Part shown: piece after piece, positions 52,950-64,000 of the stretch | How positions within the stretch are numbered: position 1 is the stretch's first letter | Layout: each line of letters starts with the position of its first letter | Origin: Epiperipatus broadwayi | Lineage: Eukaryota > Animalia > Onychophora | Length of the DNA stretch: 64,000 bases | Assembly (NCBI GenBank): GCA_028023455.1 | Contig: JAQFVV010000010.1 | Coordinates: 4,836,001-4,900,000 of the forward strand | Reading direction: 5' to 3' | Notes under the pieces: generated by a model | The model's database searches: none | Told to the model about the DNA's origin: nothing | Seen by the model: the letters and a program-made list of their open reading frames with translations, nothing else | Made by a program: the position numbers and the translations under genes

Positions 52950-55650
52950 ATTGACTTCAATTCCTAAAAATTTTCAACTAGTGAAATGACTAGATATTGT
53001 AGAATGACATATATCTGGTTTCGGTAGAAACAAAAGTTTACAATAGATCTCTGATTGATTCCTCTGTCTATTTTAATAGAATGGGTTTCTCACCTTTTTC
53101 TAGAATATCAATAATCAACTTCAGCAGGTGCAGAAATGAGTATTATGGAAGTCCTGCCCATTTCATTCATTCAAAATATTATACATTGATGATTATTCTC
53201 TAATATTTACAATACACCATAAACTCAAATTTAGTTCCAGAAAACAATGAATAGGATAATGCAAATTATAAATTCATTTTTAACAACTTTCTCTTTTGCT
53301 TATGGAAGATTTTAACATGACATATACTCAATTTGAATTTAAATGGTTACAGCTTATTATTACTTCACTAAGAGGTTTCTGCCTAATAAAGCAATCTCAT
53401 TTAATAACAGTAGATATCCATCACTTGTAGATCTAGTTTTTTATTCACCAGTACTACATTAATCATATGCACTCAACAATGATGACCGTTCACTCTTACA
53501 ACATCATAATATATTAAGAATACTCTGCCTAGTTGAAAGACAAAGAATTAGACTCATATAGAAATGGATATTGTTCACACATATAATTTCTCATACCACA
53601 TACCATATCAGGAAGCTCACAATGCCTCTTACAATTCTCTTAGTCCTTGCTGATGAACTGTTTAAAAGAATCCCACAGTATACACTCACAACAGACAATA
53701 ATCCATGCATAAAATTAAAGAAAACTTATAAATCTACATATGACATATTCAAAGAATACATCTGATAAGTTTTGGGTCAAACCATCTACTTCAAGAGTTT
53801 CCATAGCAATAGAAATTGGGAATATGTTTTTTTCTGATAATAATACATTTACTTCAATCTGTAAAAGACTTTAAGAATACATTATAGAAAGAAGCAGTAT
53901 TCAAATCCTTTATAATTCTTTCATAGCTACAGATGATTAAAAAATAATATTCAAGCCAAAGTATTTTTTACAATGTTTGGAGAGTATGCCTGAGTCTTGC
54001 TAAACAGGCCACCAAGCATAGTAAAGTTTGTATTTGCACACCTAAATCAGTCCATCCCTTCATATCTTGTGAACATTGCTAATTTTTTATCAAAGTAACT
54101 ATATGGGATGTGTATCCAGTTACAATTGCCTCATTCATGAAGAAACACATCACAATGCCTATAGTATGTATCCATTAGGAATCTTATCATTGTTATCTCA
54201 ATCACAATTTGTGGATTCATGAACAGGGTAAGCAGCATTTTTATTCAAGACAGTTTTAATGTGCAAATTAACCCATTGGTCGTGCAGCTTTGTGTAAAAA
54301 TAGCTTTTGGTTCAGACCAACTGATATTCTCATACAAACAATGGAAAAAAACTGTAACACCAAGTCTATTTTATACATATTTAAAAATTAACTAATAAAC
54401 AGGAAAATGCATATTATCTTTAATGGAAAACTGTCTCCCTCATTTAACCCATATCAATTGATGTCACAAACTTACTGCTTAATGCTTTATTATTTATAAC
54501 ATAGAAAAATATCTTCCCGGCAACTATATTACTGCAATGAGTCACTGTATAGTCTGCATAGCATATATGGATGATATCAGTTATTGTAATAACAAAAAAA
54601 CCTTCATACATTAATTAAAATGATAAAGGAATACAAACTTCCATAAATTTCAATTCAACTTAGATAAATTTTATGCAGTAATAAATTGAAGAAACATACC
54701 CAAATACATTCCAAGGTAAACCAACAACATATTTAGAATTCTTGTTTTACTTAAGTAATATGGCTATTGAAAACAAGGTAAATTGTTATGTGCAGCAGAA
54801 CACACTCTTATTCCTCTCAGAAACATATCTCGCTATATTCCAAAGTAGTTCTCATAAACATGCTTATCACAATGATCATATAATACTTAGCAATCATAAT
54901 CTTCACAAAATTATTCATATCAAATGTTTATTCACTGTGTAGAAAGTTCTTATGGAGAAAAAAAAAGTTTCCATTTTACTCAGGAAATTAAAATTTTATA
55001 ATACTTAAAATGGCTTAGGATTACATTCAATTTTTGTATATAGAATACAGAAACAACCGCATATCCATAACAAGATTATTTCCACTTTTTGAAACAAGCC
55101 TCAATATAATGCCTACAGATAAACCTTCTCCAAACATAAAACTGCATGTAATTCTAATATCAATTAACCTAATGACTAACACTAAAATCATTTTCCCACA
55201 AAAGCAAACAGTACTATTGTAAAACTAATGCACTTCTAAATCCAAATATAAATGAAGATACAGACTTCCCAGTATTGGCATTAATAATAAGATAAAATTT
55301 AAGTATTGCACTTCTGAGTTGAAATAGTCTAATTTTATGCTAAAAATAAATATGTGGTCATTGCCTATCTTTCACTTTCTTAGATATAAGAGAAACATTA
55401 TCAACACATAATATATGTGAACTGTGTTACTGGGAAGAAGATCAAAAAAAAAAATTTGTTTAGTGTAATATCCTGCAATATGCTCAATCATCACAAAAAT
55501 ATCTCTTAAAAACAATCTCACAATCCATTCAACTGTTATATCTTTTCCACTTGTTTTGCAAAAATAAGAAATCTCATTCATCCTAATATGCCTTGTGCTG
55601 CACAAGATGTATTTTCATTTATAATAATAATGCTATAAGACACCCTGACA
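52950..55650 (-). other. Decayed coding-like region, tentatively an endogenous bunyavirus-like L/RdRp fragment
   Basis: Long minus-strand frames broken by scattered stops, with RdRp-like words in the expected order (see findings). Not confirmed. Confidence 0.3.
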
Positions 55651-56087
55651 TATTTAAAAACAAATTAGATTCAATAAAACATAAAATTACAATACCAGAT
55701 ATATATGCAGCTATATGCTCCCATATAAATCAATGCTCCAAGCTATAGTTGGATGTGTTAACTACGTTCCCTACTTTAATGCAAATATACACATTGAATA
55801 TGAAAATAACATGTATGCAATGTATTATATTTTTAGATCTAACAAACGTAATTTTTTTTTTGTAATGCTAATGGATCCTCTTTATTCTGTAATCCATAAA
55901 TTGTCAATAATTTTTTTTTGAAAAATAATAATAATAAAAACACCTAAAAAGATTATTCAATAACAAATATATTAATACAAAAAAGCTTTTTTGATAACAT
56001 GTCATTATCCTCTTTAGTTTATTATATGAACATTCACATGTACATACCAGTGTATTCAATAGCACATTATTTTTAATAACATCTTTT

Positions 56088-56175
56088 TTTTTTCATATGT
56101 CAAATGCATTGACCAGGAAACAAACCCAGGCCAGCTGCTTGGAAGGCAGCTATGCTAACCGCTAGCCACCAACAT
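56088..56175 (-). pseudogene. Retroposed tRNA-Gly(TCC) copy with short trailer, poly(A) and TSD
   Basis: GTTGGTGGCTAGCGGTTAGCATAGCTGCCTTCCAAGCAGCTGGCCTGGGTTTGTTTCCTGGTCAATGCA; AACATCTTTT duplicated at 56078-56087 and 56171-56180. Confidence 0.85.
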
Positions 56176-56519
56176 CTTTTCTTTTTTACTATTATATATA
56201 TTTAAATAATTCTCATTACAAAATTTTTTTTTTTTTACTTTTTATTCTCTGATTTTCCCTTGTATCCATTTTTTTTTTTTTTTGAGACTTGTTTATGAAA
56301 GTCTTAATAATAAATAAATGAAAACATGAATATTAATTATGCATTGATATAGTCACATAGTCAGGTTGAAAATAAAGTTTATATTTTATTGGTTATTATT
56401 AATATGATATATATTCACATTTGCATACACAAAAATACATACAACAAATTTTGTTGATATATATATATATAAAGTTCTCATTTATAATGGCTTCCTGTTT
56501 TTTCACATATTTCTTCACT

Positions 56520-56960
56520 AGATATCAGAAGAGAAATAGCATCATGGAAATTTTATAAAAATCTGTTAAGTAGATCCAACTTCCAACAACTCAAAATATA
56601 ATTTTATCACCTAAGACCATCTCAAATCAAGATCCTCCTTTCTAGATGTTCAATGGGAAATTTTTTAAACCTGAAGAATGATAATGTAAACAAAAATGCA
56701 CTTCTTATGAAGTTCCAAACAAATTTATTTTTCTTGATTCAACCATTAAGTTATCTAGATTTGATCTTCCTTAATATTTTTAGTCTCAAAATAGATTCAT
56801 TGCAACTATGATCTTGTGGTTATCTCCTTCATAAATAGAATTGAATGGCCACTGATCTTTGTAGATGGTGGCAATTAAAATTCATGGACCACATAGCTAA
56901 TGAATGTTAAATCTGGATATTGTGGCAGAATTTCTGAAGATCTTTAGTAAATATATTTTT
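56520..56960 (-). mobile_element. Possible LINE AP-endonuclease fragment
   Basis: SMNFNCHH resembles GDFNAHH and a later LEVGST resembles GSDH; highly decayed. Confidence 0.35.
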
Positions 56961-57749
56961 TGGTTGGAATCTCTACAGGTTATTTTATGATATTTTGTTG
57001 TTAATTATGCTGTTTTGTTTTTTTAAAAAATTTGCTGAAAAAATTTTGTATATGTATTTATATATATATATGGTTCTTCATCATAATTGACATATTTTGT
57101 AATATGCATGGATATGTTTGTATGCATATACTTTTGGTATAAATAAATCTATATTAATAAAATATATTAATTTTAGCTTTCTAAGCTAAGTTTGTAATTT
57201 TTTTTCATAATCACTAACAGCTTGAGATTAATTTATCATATACTTATTTATCAATAGAAAAGTGTTAATCCTGTATTCAGGATAAGACTGGCTGTAGAGA
57301 GAAACTTGGAGATTTATTAATCAAACTTAAGTATATTTTAAGTAGCCAATTTATAACCAAACTCAACTAGTTATTCAGTGTTTGTCAGTATCCTGCAAGG
57401 TTTGGTACAGTGATAGAGAGGCAGTCTTGGGAATTCAAAATCTATGAATTGCAGCTCAGCTCTGTCATCTCGATATTTAAACTTCTTATAAACTCTTGAA
57501 CAATAAATCATTTGATTTTTTTTTTCTAACTTGATATAAAAAAATAATCTTAATATTATTCTCAACCTTTCCATGTTTTATATCAATGCAATAAATAATA
57601 TTGACATATTTTTATTTTCTGTATAATATTGCATAAATAAAATAAAATTATACATGTAATTCTAAAAATAAAACGTAGATTTTTAAGAAAAGAAAATAGG
57701 TATTAAGTTTACTAAAGAAAATTAAAGATATTGTTCATTTAATATATTA

Positions 57750-58380
57750 AAAAATGAATATAAAAAAAGAGGTTATTAGTGTGATACACTTATTTGGGGA
57801 TTAAAATTAATGATATCATGTTCCTTGGAATAGAAAAAGAACTTGATAATAAAGAAAAGGGATAGGTTAAGAAATTGTCATTATTTGTTTATAATAGATG
57901 TAAATAGAATCTTATGAAAAGAGTGACTTTATTTTGTCTCTTATAGAAAGAACATGAAAGAATTTTTTATTTAAAGCTACAGATAAGATTCAGAAAGAAA
58001 TGGAAATATATACATTGGAAGACATAGATGGCAGTGAAGGTTTATATGGTAAAGTGGAATAATCATCATTTTATATAACAAGTGCCAAGAGGAAATTTAA
58101 CATGTTAGAAAGATTGCATTTTATGTATAAGAACAAAATTGGCAAATAAATTGGTTAAAACAAATAATGAAATATGCATAAGAGTTAGGTGGAAAATCCG
58201 TTTCAGTGAAAGTATACAAATACTGGAAGGAATATTCCAATAAAATATTAGATATACAATGTATCAAAAACAAGATCATCATTAAAGCTGAAGATATTTA
58301 TAATATCAATAAAGGAAGAGATTTGTTATTTTAGGCTAGAGCAGAAATTCTAGGGTCAAATGAATTAAGAATTGAATAAA
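57750..58380 (+). mobile_element. Possible LTR-element gag/protease remnant
   Basis: Zinc-knuckle-like NKCQEE--HVRKDC (frameshifted) and ILGSNEL; purine-rich strand. Confidence 0.3.
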
Positions 58381-58500
58381 AATAAATAAAATTTGTTATG
58401 TGATTTATTTAAGTGTGGAACAGATGTTTAATATTTATTATTATAATGTATCAGTTTACTAAAGACAAAAAATATATTGTTGAGGATAGTGGTATATATA

Positions 58501-58645
58501 TGTAATATAGGGAACGAACCAATAGCTCTAACAAGCTTTCATTGATAAGTACCGCAAGAGAAAGCATTTAAAAATCTATCTAGAATAATCCCTATCCTCA
58601 GACTGTTTTTGAGCTTTTGGCTCACCTCAGTGAGGTGCTGGGACA
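58501..58645 (-). mobile_element. Family C hammerhead repeat, copy 2 (motif 58596-58635)
   Basis: CCUCA CUGAGG U GAGC CAAAA GCUC AAAAACA GUC UGAGG; stem I differs from copy 1 but still pairs. Confidence 0.7.
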
Positions 58646-61600
58646 TTAGTCTGCTCTGTTTTTGTTTGTTTTTTTTGGCTCAAATATTTTTCTCAACAAT
58701 GATATAATAAAATCAAACAGCAAATACAAATATAAAAATATAAATTTACAAATAAGATAATCACTTTACAAATTAAAATATGATTTAATTTTTACATTTT
58801 ATCCCCTTTCCCAAATAAAACATTTAACTTGTGATTTATTTATTTTAATAAAAAAAAATTCCCATTTATGTTGGAGGGTTAAATGATTTCACTTAATCTT
58901 TTATATTCAGTTTTTTAATAATTTATAGTATTGTCAAAACAACAATAATATTTAATCTTTATTTTTCAAATATTTATACATGGGTATTTTGTTTGTCTCA
59001 TTTCTACATTTCCTTTTTTAATTTTTAAATACATATGTGCACACACTCAGAATCATGTGCCATGAGATCATTCCATCTTACAAAATTTTTCATGACACAC
59101 CCTTCCTGCCATGTTAACTTTTTATTATATTCACCTCATTTCTGACCTAATTCTATTTCAACTATTTCTATTTTTAAAAAATAATTATTCCACCTAACCT
59201 TTACATTCTATTTGTTTTTTAATAGCTTCTTTTTATTTCCTAAATGCCTTTTATCCTCCATTTCTAGGGTATTTTTAATCCATAATCCTATTAATTGTAA
59301 ATAAACATTAATTTGCATTCTTTTTTACCATATCAGTCTTTTTTTCGTAATTTTTTGTATTTATTTGCATATTTTTTTCCAAGATATTACTTAATCTGCT
59401 TAGTTTAGACTTGTCTCTTGTTTTATCCACGTCCTCAATCTTTTTATAAAATTCTGTAACTAACTTTTCAGTTATCCTTATTTTGTCATCGTACAATTAT
59501 TACTTCTATACCTTTTTTTTCATCATTTTGTCCTTTAATTCTTTTCATCTTTATCTATCATTGTAATGGTTATACTTACTGATTATATTCATCTCTCCAG
59601 ACTGGAATCAATCAATGTGATATTTGAGAGAGATCACATACATACCCTTTCAAGAAAAGCTTTTATTAGGATGTCAGCATTAAGTTAATCATCCCACTAT
59701 ATTTGAGGTGGAGTTGAGTGCTTCCCCAAAATGATTAATTGTAATACTATTTATCAAATGTCAATTTTTTTTTAAACTCTTAATTGAAATTTTATGTTCA
59801 TAACCAATATGCAATTGATTTAAACAATTATTTAATATACAAAACATTATTTTAAATAATAAACAAGTAAAGAAAAATATTATAACTCTAAAAATTGATT
59901 AGATAATTAAATTATACATTTTAATTCAAAAATATAACTGATTATTAGGCATAAGAAAAAGCCTCTTCTTAGGAGGGAAATAAGAATGTCGATTATATAA
60001 TAATAATAAAGAAGAAAAAATATAAATTTAAAAATACAATCAAGTGTATAAAAAAAATGTAGTTTTTTTTTTTTTCATCTAGAACAGTCTTCATTAATTA
60101 ATACATATTACTGGAATAATTTATTTTAGTGATATTTTATTAAACTAACTTCAGTACTTGGTTTGTTTGTTTTTTACTGTTCTCTGTCTTGATTTTTTAG
60201 AATGCTTTCTGAGTTTATGAATGGTCTTATGTTAGATAAGTTCTTCATTTTTTTCTGAATCACAACAGTCTTTTTGAGAATTGTTTGGAGATAATTAGCA
60301 GATTAACATAATTTCTATTGAATCTTTAATTAACTATTTAGCATCAGACTAGGACTTATACTTTTCAGAACAACATTTCAATCGCACTTGGCACATAATG
60401 CAGTTTAACAGTGATAGATGTACAAGAGATTTCTTGCTACTTATATTAAATATTTTCAAACTGTTTTAGGATTTGCAATTAAAAATGGCTTTTCAATGTT
60501 CAATCTCATCTTCCATGTAGGTTATCAACTTTACTACTCCCAAACTCACGATGAACCCAAGGTTTCTCAGTTATCCTATTAATGATTAGCTGCTTACAAA
60601 GCAGAGAAATAGAATGAATAAAATTTGCTTGACCCAGTTTTATATATTCTTCCTAATCTTTCACCATTCATTTAAAAAAACAGGATGGCTTTTCTTTTAG
60701 TTTGAACTTTTACTTTAGAAACTAAATTAAGATTTAATCCACAATTATAATTATCCCCAGGACACTATTTGCTACTTTTGTTACATTTTTCAATTTTATA
60801 ATGTTGCTTGTCATCATCTCTTGAATTTTAATTATAGAATAAAAAAAATAATATGTATTTTATAATTTGAAGAGTTTCTCTTTTTTAAAAATACAAAATA
60901 TAATTGTTCTAACAATATAATATATACTTTTACAATAAAATCTTAATTTTGACTTGTCTTTTGACTTAATTAAGTGATATTTTTTGTCATTTACATATTC
61001 CTTACTATTACATAAAAGTATATTTATCATTTTATTTCTTTTATTTATAATTTTAGTCAATTGTTGGGATAGAATACCAAACATTAATGTCAGTAGTCAG
61101 TTAAAACTCTAAAGTTTTATTCTATCCACAATATGCCAATAGATGTTGTACAGCTAGATGGTACACTATCCATTCATAACAAACTCCTCAAGTTCTATCT
61201 CAAGCATACATACTTCTGATTATATACTTGGATTTTCATTTCATCTCTCAGCTTTTTTTAATAATGAATTATTCATATTGTCTAAGATTACTATCTATAC
61301 TTTTTTCTAAACTTATTTATATTTCCATATAAACATTTCCAATTCTTCTACTCCACTCTTTCCCCATTTCCATTAGCTAAGTATATTCATTTATTTTTCT
61401 TTACTTACTTTCAGTCTATCATACATAATTTTACAATTTTTTTTTAAAATTATTTTTGATAATAGTTTTCTTATATCTAACATTTTTTTAATCATACATT
61501 TATTTCTATTCACATTTCTAAAAATATATTTCATTTTGAATGTTTTTTTACTAGCAATTTTTCTCTATAAAAATTTCCACCAACTCTATATATATATATG

Positions 61601-61684
61601 TAGGAAATATATCTGTATATTTTGATATATATGTGTATTTTTATATATATGTGAAATGGTTATGTATTTATATTATTCAAATAT

Positions 61685-61730
61685 TGTGGCTCTGATGAAG
61701 ACTGCTGGACAGTCGAAACTGTAAGGAAAA
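61685..61730 (+). ncRNA. Minimal hammerhead-like motif (family D, PLE-type)
   Basis: CTGATGA A GACTG CTGGA CAGTC GAAAC T GTA: exact core and 5-bp stem II, but only 2 bp of stem I. Confidence 0.55.
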
Positions 61731-64000
61731 TAAAGAAGTTTTTTAAGAAAATTTGTTTACATTGAAGTGTATATGAAAGAAGTATTATAAACTCTCCATT
61801 TATTAATATATTTTCTCTACATATTTATTAAACTACTTTAAAATTAATACTTTTGACTTTTCAATATTATTTTTATAAGGGGGAAAAACACAATTCATCA
61901 TTCTATCCTCAAGCACATTTTTATTTTATTATCTTCCTAACCATAAACATTTTTTTTAACCATTACTATCATTATTAATAAATAATTAGTAACAGTAAAA
62001 TCCTTTTGTTTAAGTTAATGGATAATAAAATTTATAGTAAATTAGCTCATCTGTATGTTTTAACTAAATCCTTATTTCTAAGAAACCCATTACATAATAC
62101 ACCTAAAAACGTAATATTATTTTTTTGTAAACAATTTAATCTCAAATTAAGCTTTGAAAATTTAATTATGTTTTTGAAAGAAAAGAATAGGGGTGATAAA
62201 GAATTACTACCAAGACTTGCTGGTGATATAATTTAAGGAAAATATGTAAGGCATCCTTACAGTCTATTCATTTCCTTCAAAAACATACTTATATCTTCAA
62301 ACTGCCTTAATTCTTCAGTACCCTTTTGTACACCATCACATTATTTTTTATTATATTATCCTAAATAAAAGCTAGCACTTATTAAATATTTCCTTACATT
62401 CTTCCATCCTAGCTATTCTTATTATTATTTTCTCAATTTTTAATCATTTAGTTGTTTTTTTTAAAATTCCCACATATTTTTTTCCAACTTATATTTATCA
62501 TTTTGTAAAGCTGTTTTGTAGTGAACATATTCCTTAAAATTTCATCATTCCATGCTTAATTCTTGTATTCGTTAATGCCATCTCATGAAAAAATAACAAT
62601 AGATTGCCCTTGATTGATCATTATTTAAACACAAATCTTAAAAGATATATCAAGTAGGGAAATCTCAAATTCACAATTGGGAAAAAAGTGTTGATATATT
62701 AAATTTACATTTGCCTTAATTGAGATAATCAATATCTATCTTGGATATACAGGACTTTCTACATTTCAAATGCCAAATAAAAGCACTTCATTTAGCAAAT
62801 CTTTTAGAAAGTGACATTTAAAACTGCCACATGTTCTCTAAAAAATGGTTATAACATTACAATGAGTTTTAATATAAAATTCTAAAACAAACTTTTTAAT
62901 ATATATTAATATAATCAATTCACTTTCCCCTGCCCAAAAAAAAAAAGTTAATTTGTAAATGTAAAAGTGAATCTGTTAGCATTAACTAATTCCAGATATC
63001 TACATATGATTACTTGAGGGTAGCCAATATTAACGCCATTAATTAAATTGTTATAGCTTATTAAACAGCAAATAACAGACCACATTCATATAGAATTTAA
63101 ATTTTTGTACTTTAGCAAAGTTGTCATTCACTATCTAATTGCAGCAATCAAATGAATAAATGTTGTTTTTTTCATATTTTGTCACAAAATATAAAAATGT
63201 TTAGAATTATATTTAAATTCATATGATATTTAATCCAAATAACAGATAAGTCAGAAATAACCAGTTCATTTTAATCTAAAAGCCATTGTGCAGCAAATAA
63301 TAAATTTAAGTATACAATATTTGAATAATCATAAATATTATATAGTCAAATTATTTTACATTTTACCATTCAGACAGAAAAATTGCAAAATACCATCACA
63401 TAAAATCTAGATTTCTACTTGCATGAGATTCGTTAGTATATATTAGCCAAGCAATCATTCAGTAAATATCTGATAACTATCTTGTCTTATTTATATGCAA
63501 TCTTTATATTTTATTATGAAGCATAAAAATATTAAGAATTATAGTTCAATTCATGTTACTTCTAAATTTAAATAATACATGGCATTGTATGTAAGGAAAC
63601 AGCTTATATTGTTTTCTTGCTATATCCCTCCAAAGAAAAACTTACTAATTTAAGATTATTTTTCAACAATGTCTTATTGAACTTATTTGATCCCTAAGTT
63701 TTATAATACCCTTATAGAATGTTTTGGTTTCCCATGAAGCAATATATGAACTACTTTTTTCCCATTGTTAATCCCTTTTTACATGCTTAAATAGATCAAA
63801 AACCAAATATCAGTGTTAAATTGTAAATGAGGGACAATTTCAAAAAGTTTGTAGTAATTTTTTTTTTACTTTAAGAAACCTAATTACAATACAATCTTCA
63901 AAAATAGTAAACCAGAAAAAATGAGCCTTTTAATCTTTACTTAATTTTTTCACAGTAAAGTGATCTTGATAAGTATAACAACATCACATTGCTTGAAGTC

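Noticed and set aside
10965-61730. Selective inactivation of hammerheads on the host sense strand
   Set aside because: Most antisense copies are damaged too, and the sample is too small to claim a bias.
59100-62900. Possible decayed minus-strand LINE (ORF1-like and Cys-rich fragments)
   Set aside because: Fragments were too degenerate to assign by eye.

Overview
AT-rich animal genomic DNA, probably an arthropod (inferred from composition and repeat content, not verified). The window lies inside one large plus-strand gene of the TRERF1/ZNF541/MIDEAS (C2H2-ELM2-SANT) family. Eight phase-compatible exons can be chained from 1295 to 40264, and the gene is incomplete at both ends. The introns hold decayed mobile DNA: an LTR-bounded Ty3/Gypsy element, RTE LINEs, two copies of an esterase-ORF1 LINE, a pogo remnant, TIR elements, two retroposed tRNA-Gly copies and several palindromes. 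The ORF track misses the most striking signal: at least 13 type I hammerhead-ribozyme motifs from four families, linked to Penelope-like element (PLE) 3' ends and often arranged as fold-back pairs. One fold-back is fused to the 5' end of a LINE, and the whole 4.38 kb composite is bounded by a single 13-bp target-site duplication inside an RTE. A decayed minus-strand coding-like region near 53-55.6 kb tentatively resembles a bunyavirus-type RdRp. All alignments and folds were done by eye.
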